From Camelus ferus (Eukaryota): DNA of 64,000 bases. Positions within the stretch are counted from its first letter, which is position 1, and each line of letters begins with the position of its first letter. Below, one piece after another: positions 25,121 to 36,860 of the stretch. A model generated the notes under the pieces. That model was not told the origin of the DNA. It saw only the letters and a list, made by a program, of their open reading frames with translations, and searched no databases. Both the position numbers and the translations under genes were made by a program. Where the stretch lies: NCBI RefSeq assembly GCF_009834535.1, contig NC_045697.1, forward strand, positions 76,758,001 to 76,822,000, read 5' to 3'.

Positions 25121-26229
25121 CTGAAATTTAAAAAAAAGAGAAAAGGAAAACAATTACGAAATTGTTTTCTTAAGTGAATATTTTCATTCCCAAAACTTAA
25201 ACTAGTTCTGAATATCTTTTCAAAATATTTCTGAAGATAATAATACCTAATTACTGACAAACTTCACTTTGTGTTTTTTTAAAAAATTATACTATATCTT
25301 AATATTTTTACTCTTATCCTATTTTTTGAAAATCTTGACACTAGGATCTGTTATATGTAACTCCAAAATGACTCAAGGGTTTTAGTATGTTCTGGAATTA
25401 AAATGGAGAAGGAGAAGGCAAAAGGTGAAATACACTTCACATTATCATGATGAGTGGGTTACATCATCTGTGCTATAGCACAGATTATTATTATGAGCTA
25501 CATATTCAGAGATGGCACAGAGTTAAGAAAAAAAGAGGCAGATATTTTAGTTTCAGAATTCAGTAGCTCTTTGAATTTCTCACTATTTCAATAGTATTTT
25601 ATTGATTTTTAAAAATAAACATATATCTTGTACTCTGCAGAATTCAACCTAAGGGCATTTCCAAAGGATATAAGAGGTCTTTGGCTCAATTACAGCGCAT
25701 CATAACTCCTCACACAATCAATAGATTACGTAACCTCTGGTCAATCTGATTCATTTTAAATGTCACTTTCTTGTTGCTTAAGCTGATAAAAATTTCAAAG
25801 CAGCAGTAATTGCAAATGCTTCTCACAAATGCAAATCACCTGTGAATAAAAGTATTGATTACGTATAACCTTCTTAAAATCTCCAATTGGGTTTTGTGTA
25901 AGATGAGATGAAAGAAAAAGTTCACACTGAGTTAGAGAAACTTAAAAAATAAATAACGTATAATCTCACTGTATCAGCTGCATGCCACTGGGTATTACAT
26001 GAAAGCATGGCGCTAATACAGCTCCCAGAGAAGACCCTCTCTCTCTTTCTCTCTCAGCCCCTCTCCAGGCTTGGAATTTCTCTAGGTACTTGTTCTCTGA
26101 CTGGGGAGAGAACAAATGATTTTCAAGAGCTTTGTCTGAAAATGTGGGTGGCTTGGTTTTATCTAGTCAAACCAGGATTACACACCCAACTTCTGTACTC
26201 TTAAGTGATGGGGAGGGAGAAAGAGAATA

Positions 26230-26420
26230 CCATTCATTAATTTCTTACTGCATTCCAGGAAGTTTTAGATACATTCCTCCATTTATTCCTTATACCTACT
26301 CTGCATTTTATAAGTGAAATAACTGAGGCTCATAGAAATAAGCTAAAAATCACAGTCTATGGATAGAAAAGCCAGAATTTAAACCCAAAACTGATTCCAA
26401 AGTTCATGCATTTTCCACCA
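26230..26420 (-). mobile_element. MIR SINE
   Basis: cattttataagtgaaataactgaggctca...gccagaatttaaaccc. Confidence 0.7.
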
Positions 26421-26505
26421 GGTTATTCTGCCTTTCACTCTGGAAGTTTAAGCTCACAGCTATATGCATACTCACTCAGATCAACAACGGTAGCAGAGCA
26501 CTCTT

Positions 26506-26874
26506 ATTTTTTTAAAAAAATGAAGTATAGTTGATTTACAACGTTGTGTTTGTTTCTATTGTACAGCATAGTGATTCAGTTATATATATTTATATTCTTT
26601 TTCATACTCTTTTCCATTATAAATTATTATAAGTTATTGAATATAGTTCCCGGTGCTCTATAGTAGGACCTTGTTGTTTATCTCTTTTATATATAGTAGT
26701 GTGCATCTGCTAATCCCAAACTCCCAATTTATCCTTCCATTCCTCTTTACCCTTTGGTAACCGTAAGTTTGCTTTCTATGTCTGTGAGTCTCTTTCTGTT
26801 TTATAAATAAGTTCATTTGTGTCATTTTTTAGATCCCATGTATAAGTGGTCTCATATGATATCTGTCTCTGTCT
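26506..26874 (-). mobile_element. Cetartiodactyl-type L1 3' end with perfect 16-bp TSD
   Basis: tgaagtatagttgatttacaa...gaatatagttcccggtgct; GTAGCAGAGCACTCTT at 26490-26505 and 26875-26890. Confidence 0.92.
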
Positions 26875-29800
26875 GTAGCAGAGCACTCTTCATGTGAGTC
26901 GACACTAAACTTCCCAACCACTCCCAAGCTTCAACAGTGTGAATCTCTGCTTCTAGATGCAGACCTAGGACCAGCAGGCATCCAGCCTCTTAACTGACAC
27001 CTGTATAGAAACCAGGTCAGCAAAGATTCTAGAGGGTAACAGACAGCCCTGACATCAGCCCTAAGCATGGAGAGCCTCAAAGTACTGGGCTGTTCACCTA
27101 CATGTAAATCTGGATCTTCCCAGATCCACATAATGGATGAAATTACAGTGTGTGCTCACTCTCACTTGCATTCTCGCTCTGTCTCTGGATGCTTTAAGCT
27201 TCTCTTTCTGAAGTTTTAAACTAACACATACTCAGGAATGCAAACATACATCTTTCATAGAAACTCAAAATACATCTCCTATATACTTTTTTTTGTGGAA
27301 ACTAAAATGTAGAATTCTCTAAGATCAGAAAGAATCTCTTCAAAAGAATATATTTGAGCATCATTGCTAAGACATTTTGATTCCTATGGTTGTTTTACAA
27401 ATTACAGGCTTTTTCTGTTTATCTTCAATATGTGGCATTTCTGCCATTACACTGAACAAATGATTTTAGCACAATGTGCGTATAAATTTGTATGTTATTA
27501 TATACCAATATACATTGCATTATGAATTTTATGTTAGTGATAGTGTGAACAAATAGTAAATAATGGTAAGATTAAAAAGTCGACTTCTACATCGGCATTG
27601 GAAAGTATATAGTACCAGGGACTCAGATTACCCTAACCTGTGGTATGAATTTCAGGTGTGCATGATGTGTGCGCAGGCAGGTGCATATGTGTAGGGTGGG
27701 GAACATGAAACAGAGAGATGGAAGTAGGTTGGTAGAGAGGCTTCCCAGAAAACGATGCATACAACATGACAAGTTTGGTAACTCTCCTTAAAACGTGGAT
27801 TACACAATGGAAACCTTACAAATCTTACACAAGATTCCAGGATTGCTGACCCCAAGTCTTCTCACTCAATGTGATGTAACAAACTATTCACTAGCAGACC
27901 CCTAGAATACCTGTAAGAAAACAGTCTAGCAGCTGCAGCCTTGTAGTTCTGGAAACAGAGCCATCTGCCAAGTAGGAGAAATGATCAAAGGAGAGGTTTC
28001 CGTGGGCATGGCAGAGTCAGCTTCCCCGACGGGAGTGCAGAGCATAGAAGGTGAAGTGAAGAGAGCCCAAGAAGAGCATCTCAGGAACTCCCTGGTGACC
28101 GAGGGCACTGTGTGAGGAAGACCTCCCCACAGACAAATCACCTAAAGAAGTATCTCAGAATTGCTCTAAGTTGTCTCTGAATAGTTCATTGTGAAAAATA
28201 AGTATTTTCATTCATTAATGGATATTTTTCAAATCTATTCTAATGTATACATAGTGAACATTATTAGTAGTCAAAAGGAAAACCTAATTTCTTTGGGTTT
28301 TCTAAAATACATTCTAAATTAGTAGTAATAAATTATGATTAAGGTTCACAAAATACAGCTCAAGTTGAATTTTTAAAAATGGAATTTTTGAAAAGGAACT
28401 TTTCCCCAAGCTGATCACCAAAACATTTCTATAAATAAAAACCTGAGTCTAGTACAATCAGGAGCCATGCCAAGGGAAATAATTAAATCACAGAAACAGT
28501 GAAGTTTGAACATACATGTAAAGATGGAGAAGGCTGAATACTCCGAGTTGCTGATTTACTGTAGTCAACAGCTCGATGCAATGCCCTCCAGGCAGCTAAG
28601 GCACCAGTGTGAAGAAAAAGAAACAGCAGGAGGAGCTGACTTTAAAACGTGGTAATCAGAACAGTGTGGTGGAAAACAATCAGCCAGTAGCTGATGCTTG
28701 ACAGCGAAGTGTTCAAAGAAAGCTGAAAGTTTCGTGAGGCAAGTAAACCACAATGCAACATGATAAATGAGATGACATGGCACTGGAGTGTGTATTGTTC
28801 CTTGAGGCAATTAAAGAGCAATGTGAGCCATTCTTTGTTAAGTTGTTATCACAAGTATGGTTGCCAGAAAGTGCCAACACTCTTCTCTAAATCGACAAAG
28901 TCATTTAGATTTCTGACTGAGGCAATTAGTTTCACTACATGATACTTTTTTATGGCTGGTAATTCTGTGTCATTCCTTGTCAGATGGGACAAATGCTGCT
29001 TTTCTATGAGCACACGCACAGAAACGCATGCAAAATTTGTACTTTTAAAATACGGCCTTACTTTGAAATACTGATTAGGATAGCAGACCCACATATATCT
29101 TTACGGCGATAAATAGTAAATAAAATCACTTTCATTTTCAAAAACTTGAGGGAATATTAGTATTGTTTATGCAACTCTAAAAGGTGCTACCTCTGCTTCG
29201 AGGTAATTGGAAAGAAATCACTTCAATAACTTAGAAACTCATCATTAAGAAACCCAAGCTTGATCACCACTTTTAGTACCCTCAAATTCAGATTCATTTC
29301 ACTGTCTTGAATTGAAAAAAAAAAAAAACTTCAATAAATAATTTTTATGCTGTGCATTTTAGAACACTTACAGTCTAAAAAGATCATTTGAAGATGATCA
29401 CTGTAACTTCATTGTCTCTTGAAAACTCTCCAGTCCACACATGTGGATGTCAAGCTTATTTTCCTCTTCAGGAGAAAATAGCACCTGAAGCAAGCATCCA
29501 GCCATAAAAAAGCTTTAGAGCAGCATCACAGGAACTGTGAGTAGGGGTAGGACTGTTCTGCTGGCAGAGGTTCTGAGGACCCACAGGAATCCTATTATAG
29601 AGCCATCTCAATGGGTTCCCCTAACCTTTCAAGAGTTGCAGTTTGACCTCAAGTCTGTGTGATTAAGTAGAACGGATGCAGTCTCTGTTTGCAGCACCAG
29701 GAAGCAGGAATCTTGCTCATCCTCCCTACACTGTGAATCTATTCATGTTTAACTCCCAATATCCCAGTGCCCAAGTTATAACGTGTTTCAGAAACAGTAG

Positions 29801-32649
29801 CTGAATTGCTGAAAGGTGAGAATATTTTGACTGGTCCAAAGATGGTTTACAATATTTTTAGAGAACCATTAGAAAGTTGACCACCTTTACATTACAGGGT
29901 AATATTTTTAAAATGTAGCTTCTCAGTCTAACCCAGAACAAGTTCTATTGGTTTCTATTCACTGCAGAATAAACACATCTACGTCAAAGAGGAAGTCTCC
30001 TCCCTCAATGGAATCTTCTTCAGATAATAGAGTGGAACCAAGGCAGAAGCTTGCAGAGGTGTCAGGGGAGGATTCAGATACCTATATGCATGCCTCAGAA
30101 CAAAAAGCATGCGAGTGCTATCCTGAAGAAAAACCACTCCCTAGTTTGATTAAGCCTCCATACCTATTTAATGTGAGAATATTATATCAAATTGCTTTGT
30201 AAATTATAAAATGCTATACAATTTGAGCATGGCAATTTTAAAGTAGGCTATAAAACCAACACCAACAATTCATTTAACTAATTCAAATTTAGATAAAAGT
30301 GTCTATTAGTTTTAAAAACAAATTAATATGTAAATGATAAAGTACAGAGAAAAGCAATTGAATAAACAAAGCATTACAGATTATGTGTATTAATTAAAAA
30401 ATGGCTTTGCAAAGACTGCATAATCTCTCAGTGTCTACAGCTGCTCATTGCTTCCAAGGATTCTTATATGCTTGGCTGAAATAAATGTTATTCATAATTT
30501 ATATTGCCTGTTGTGTCACTCCATAGGATAGATATTAATAATTCTTACCTTAGCCACAGTCACATAATATAACTTAGATAAGAGTATTTCAATTTAAGGT
30601 TTTCTTTTGAAAAATACTTAATCCTCAGTAGTTTTAATTCTGGGGAGGAAAAGTCATACTCTTCTTGAGAGGACAATAAATAGTTATAGTCTCAAGCATG
30701 ATGAATATGTCTTTTTGTTTTTTAATTATTTGAAAGAGAAAGAGAGCAAGAACACAGAGATGGTTTTGTTGGGCTCAATGTAAAGAAAACAAAAATTCAT
30801 TCAAAACTTGGAAGATTTCTTTCATATTTGCCTTTCATAAATAAATATATAATATGATGTATTTAGAGATTTACTCATATTTAAGCAGATTAACAGTTAT
30901 CATTCCCACAATAACTTTGAAACGTTATTATATTTTCTAATACAATACTATATTTATCTTTTCTTTCTTATGACTAAATGTTCATAACGGGTACGTAAAA
31001 AAAGTAGTTTTATTATGTGCTTTTTTGTCATTAAATTTTCACATACAGAGCATAAGAAAGATAAAGACTCTATGCATTAATTTACATCATTAAAATGTAT
31101 TGGATGCCTAATAGTCCACTGAGGGTGATTTAGATATTTGCTATTATAAACAATGTTTACAGCTTTCTATGTAAATATTTGACTATATCTGATTATTTCC
31201 TATTGATATAACACTGAAAATGCAGTGCAATTCCAATTATAAACTTCATCTATTTTATTTATATCATAGTATATAAAACACAGAATATTTATTTTCTAGG
31301 ATCTAATTCTACATATGTATATGTATGTATTTAATTAGATATATATTTGTAAATCTATAGGAAGAGAGAAAAAAAGAAGAAAAGAAAGGAAGAAGGGAGG
31401 GAGGAAGGGAAAGGAAAGGGAGAGAGAGGAGGAGAAAATTAGTACACGAAAATAGCGGTTATCTCTGGGTAGTGGAATTGTGAGCAATTATTTCTATCTT
31501 TAGAGTTTTCCATACTCCACAAAATTTTATTAGGTCCACATCTTGATTAAAAAAATACTTAGCATGATTCCTGAATGCACTGCAGAAAACTTCTAAGCAG
31601 AACCTTAATTAAGTCTTAAACTTTTTCCATACTAGATTCATTCATGCAGAGATCTAGGTCAGTGATTTAGAATTCCATTTTCCAACTTTCTCCCAATTCA
31701 GGGTGTTTTTAATTACTTGGAAGAATGTTGAACAATTCTTAAAACTATTCTTTGAAATTCAATAAGTAAAGGTTTTAATTCACCTTCTGTGTGTGCCCCA
31801 CATCATTTCTAGGAACAGATTCGGGTAGAGACAGAGGCAGAAGAGTTCTAGAGTCAAGTACTGAGTATAGGAAGTCATGGCTCCACATGGACCAGGGATC
31901 CCTGTTCAGTAGAGCTTGTTGGAAACTTTGCTGTTTTGCAGGCTGAAATATTTGGGTTTGGGGATTTAGCTGTATTATTCTACAGAGTCATTTAAAGAAC
32001 TTATGCTTTTGGATATAAATATGTATCAAACTTCTAAAATATACTACATATCCAAGTCTTTTCACCAGCTGGCATGGAATCAGGAAGGTGTAAATAAATG
32101 ACAAGTTTACAAACATGTGTTTAATAGGATACAATAAATACATGGAATACATGTGAATAGAGACACCTGCTCAACTTCCACAGTTTTGAAAACACATACA
32201 TGTCTTTTAAAGAATGCAAAGGCAATTTTTATTGTCCAGCCAATTTTTCTTAAATTGTATACAATGAATAATTTGTTTTCTGCCATATTTATTAACATCT
32301 TTGAAAGAGAGCTATTTTGATTGCACCAGATAAATAGTGGAAGCCAATTTGCAAATATCTCTGAGTCTGATTAAATTTATACAAGTGCCCAAGTCCAATT
32401 TTCTAAATATCGTGCAAAAAGATAAACTTGACAGTATTCTCTGCAGTTGTATTAGACGTTTGCATTAATAAATGCATGCCAACAGAGTCAATTAATTGAT
32501 CATGCACGAGTTGCATAATGCTTTTTGCTCTGGTGAGATAGAACCCTAAAAGTGAAAACCTATTTCAAAATTGGGGAGGAGAAGCTCTGCAAGCAGGCAG
32601 GCTGATGTGCTTTAGGGACCAAGATGTTTGGGGCTGCATCATAGCAACT

Positions 32650-32870
32650 ATCCCTTACTGACCACCACAAGACACCAAGAGCTTTACAAATGACATCTCC
32701 GTTACAACAACTCTACAAATTAGGGGCCATTTCCATCATTTTGTAGTTGAGCAAACCAAGTTTCAGGGAAGTGAGGTAATGTTCCCAGTCACACAGTTTC
32801 TAAAATGTGAAGCTGGAATCTGGACATGAGGTTGTCTGTCTTGAACACTTTTTTGCTCTCACTTGTATCA
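32650..32870 (-). mobile_element. MIR SINE
   Basis: Degenerate reverse core cattttgtagttgagcaaaccaag...gtcacacag...gaagctggaatctgga. Confidence 0.65.
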
Positions 32871-33315
32871 CGCTGGTGGTTGAAATCATGGTGAGATTAT
32901 TCAAGAGAAGCAAATAGCAATCATTCTTAACCTTCTTCTGAATTGGTTAAAAGCTGTAGCTGCTCTAGCTAGAGACTTCTATATATCAAACAATATTTTG
33001 CACACACACAGAAAAACCCCTCAAGTCCATCTGTGGGTTCTCTAGCAAATCATCCATCCCAGCTAAGAGCCCCTGGGTAGACAAATACAAACATTTTAGG
33101 GGCAACAGAAGAAGAGTGTCCCCAATAGGAAACTGAGGAGGAAAGTAATTAGAAACAACAACAAACTCGAGTTTATAAAGCCAAAGAGTAGAGAGAATTT
33201 TGAAAAGAGAAATTAAAATGAGGACTACGAAGAATCCATTGCATTTAACCATTAGGAAGTTAGAATCTTTACTCTAATTGTTTGAGCAGTGGGTGAGAAC
33301 ATTAAGAATAAGCTC

Positions 33316-33500
33316 CAGGGGTGGCAAGCAGGTGTCACCCGAAGTGGCAAGTCTGGTTGCCAATGGCCACTTGGAATAATGTGTGAAAAGAAGGTTCTGA
33401 GGCTGGGTTAGAGATTTCAGGGAAGGGCGCTGGGATTAATCAGCAATGTCTACAGAAGGCAAAAAGTGGAAAGCCTGTGTACCAATTCTCTGCCAGCCTC
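33316..33500. mobile_element. MER102-like hAT-Charlie element
   Basis: caggggtggcaagcagg...tgtgtgaaaagaaggttctgaggc...gattaatcagcaatgtct. Confidence 0.6.
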
Positions 33501-33914
33501 AGTAGACAGTTATTTTGAGTGACTATGTGTAAAGAGGAGAAAAGAAACAGGATAGTTGCTAAAAGGGATACAGAGTTGGAGAGAAGTTTTTTTGTTTGTT
33601 TTTGCAGTAAGGTGGAAAGGACTTGAAAATGTTTGCAAACTGGCAGAAAACTGTTAGCTGAAAAGAAAGAAACTGGCTTGTAGAGCAAAATCAATGTATA
33701 GGAGAACACAAAAGGAAGTGCTGTCAGAGAATCAGGGTGAAGAGAAAGGGCATCCTCTTGTCTAAGAAGAGGAGAAAGGAAGTGAGGATAGATGTAGATA
33801 CATTTGGATCCACAGAGGCAGAAGATGGAAGTGTTCCAAGCCCTAAATCTCAAGGCATCCTGAAGTAGAAGTCTGCTGAATGCAGGATGGAGGTGGGAAA
33901 AGTAAGATTGATTG

Positions 33915-35710
33915 TTTATTCATTTGTTCAATCAGTGTTTGTTAAGCCACTCCAGTGTGCCAGGGATTCTTCAAATCCTAGGAATATGGGTAATGTAATT
34001 AGTAAAACAAAATCCCTGCTAACAAAGTCCCATCTACTTGTTGGAGGAGACAGACTGTAAGAGAGAATGTTTATAACCACATGGCAGGTGGTAATAATGG
34101 CTAAAAAGGAAAATAGATAAGGATAAGGAAACTAGAATAGGAGGGCACTGTTTTATAGGATGGTCATGGGAGGAATAGAGGGGAAACGAACAGCAAGAGG
34201 AATGGCCCATAAAGAGACAGGGTGTTACCGTAACGGACAATGTGTCTGGACTGTAGGGAGCGATGGGAAAGGGGTAAAGTGTGGAGTCATGGAGATGGAG
34301 GAGGCAGATCTTATAGAACTTTGTAAGTCATGATGAGAACTTGGTTTTCAATTGAGGTGAGACAGAAAGCCATTGAGAGGAGATTTTGTACAGAGAATTG
34401 ACATAATCTGAATTATATTTGAAAAGGATCGTGTCCATTGTGGGGAAAAGGGTGTAAGAAGGCAAGAGCATAAGCCTGGTAGGAAGTTAGGAGGCTTTTG
34501 TAACATTCAAGTAAAAGGTCAATGATGCGATGGGCCAGGATAGTAGCGGTGGAGAAGGTAAAAATGGTTAGATTCTGCATATACTTTGTTTCAACAAGAA
34601 GGGAGCAACTGGCTGTGTTGAATATTGTCCACCAAAATTTGAACGGAACCCTGACCCCTAAATTTGTCATGGTGAAGGTACTCAGTGACCCTGACAAGAA
34701 CGATTCCAGCAGAGTGAGTGTCAAAAGAGGGAGAAAACAGTGTCTGGTGACTGTGGACAATTCTTTCCAGGAGTTTTGCTGTGAAGGGCAGTGGGAGTAA
34801 ATAAAAGCAACAGTGTCTGGGGAAAGATATGGAGTCAAGGACGTTGTTTTTTTTCCTTAAGATGGAAGATATTATAACCTTATGCTATGTTAATAGAATT
34901 ATCCAATAGAGAGGGAAAAATCGATGATATAGGAGAGAGGCAATTGCAAGTGCAATGACCTTGAGCAAGGAAGAAGAGATTGCCTCAACTGCACAAGTGA
35001 AGGGACAGTTCACTCCTTGTAGCAGAAGGAAAGGAGGGTACAGATCTGAGTAACTTATCAGATTTGGTGGTGGGAGCGTATAGAAGTTATAGTCTTTTAA
35101 AAATTTTTAATTGAGGTGTAGTTGATTTACAATATTGTGTTAGTTTCTGTTGTACGGCAAAGTGATTCAGTTATACATGTATATATTATTTTTCATATTC
35201 TTTTCCATTATGGTTTATTACAGGATATTGAGTTTAGTTCCCTGTGCTATCCAGTAAGACCTCGCTACTTAGACGTTATAGTCTGATGACTTCTATTGTC
35301 TCAGAGAGATAAGAAACAATACTTTCGAAAAGTTAAGTGGGAAAGAGATGCTGGAGGATTCAAGAGCAAGAAAAAGGTCTGAAATAGCTAAGAAAGGGAC
35401 AGAGTGACTGGGTCATGGACACGGAAAGCACTATGCATCCTCTTGAGATGAGTGGTGGTGAGTTTAAAATGAGACCAGTTAGCAGAGTTGTTTTTCTCTA
35501 TCCAAATTCAGCAGTGTGGGTGCAGGTTCAGAGCTGAGGGTGAGTTGGATTTAAGTAGGTTTGCGGCCTCCCCAGGCCAGGAGAGAAGGAGAGAGGGAGA
35601 AGGCAGTTACAGAAATGTACACATGTAAAAGCATGAATACCGTGATGGAGCAATGGAGCCCCTTAATCTGTTAAGGAGGGAAGTGAGGATACAGGAGGTT
35701 TGTGGGACAG
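33915..35710 (-). mobile_element. L2 elements (mosaic), interrupted by an L1 tail
   Basis: ttattcatttgttcaatcagtgttt...gtgccagg tail; tcattgg/tggtgaaggtactcagtgaccctgacaaga and gacaattctttccaggagttttgctgtgaaggg body motifs. Confidence 0.8.
35096..35269 (-). mobile_element. Short L1 3' end with 15-bp TSD (1 mismatch)
   Basis: aattgaggtgtagttgatttacaatattgtgttag; TAGAAGTTATAGTCT at 35081-35095 and TAGACGTTATAGTCT at 35270-35284. Confidence 0.9.
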
Positions 35711-36639
35711 TGTTTTCTATTTCTTTGTCAGATAAATTTTTTATTCTATCCACATTATGTCTGGTGTGATCAATTATCATATTTTTAACCAGTGATGTTT
35801 TAACAGTTTTTGAATCATACTTTTAGCTTATTTTCATTATGTTCCTATCTCTTTAGGCTTCGTTGCAGGAATTCAATTTCAATAGCATATACTTGAACAA
35901 TAATAAAGATAATATATCCATATTTACTCAATTAGGACTCAAAAATCATTGAAAGCATAGAGTAATGATGCAAACTACGTTGCCTACAATACTCTGAATT
36001 TCCCCAATCCTTCTTGTCTTTAGAAATTGTTCATGAGGAGCTGTCACGGAATTGCCATGAGTCACCCATTCCTACGTTTTCTGCAACAAGGCCAAAGAAA
36101 CTTTACCAAGTCACAGAACTTTAAGGGGTACAGTGGTTGGTAAACAAAGTGCCGCTGCAATGCTAGAGGAAGAAATATGGCACTTAGAGGACTCAGGCAG
36201 TTCCAGCAGGATGGACTGACCCGATTTTAAAACTGCATTTTTGCTCCATCAAAGGTAAAGACATCTAGTTTTGCCCAAATCCAGGCTCAGTTAGACTTGG
36301 CAGTCAAAGCCCTTGGCTCAGCTCTGAAGAGCCCCTTGGCCACTGTGACCTCCCCGCAGTGGCTCCAGCCTCCCGACCCCTCCCACAGGCTTGCTCCTGC
36401 CATCTGCTCAGCCCGGTGCCCTCCCGCCCCTTCCACGGGTCGAAATCCCATTCAAACTTTAGGGCTTTAATCTCTTTCACAGAGATTTGCCTGCTTTCCC
36501 ACAGCAGATACGAACTTTATTTCTTCTGAGTGGCCGCAGATCGTTTTCTTAATTCTTTTATGATGTTACATTCCGCCTTAAATTACAGCTAGCGGTGCCT
36601 TACCCCTCCTATTCAATGGTATGCTCCTTGAACTGCTAA

Positions 36640-36860
36640 CACTTACACGCTGTTACACTACGCCAGGCACTGCGCTCTTGGTCTTGCAGACGTTAGTAGG
36701 TATCAGTATCAGCTCCACTGTAGAGTTGTGAAAACCGAGACAAGAGAGGGTAAGTGACTTGCCCGAGGTCACACAGCTAGTTAGTGGAAACACTGAAATA
36801 TTAATTCGGATCTGTCTTATTCCAGACAGATAGTTTTGACTATTACGCTATATTGCACCT
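36640..36860 (-). mobile_element. MIR SINE (preceded by an L2-like segment from ~36300)
   Basis: gagagggtaagtgacttgcccgaggtcacacagctagttagtgg. Confidence 0.85.
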
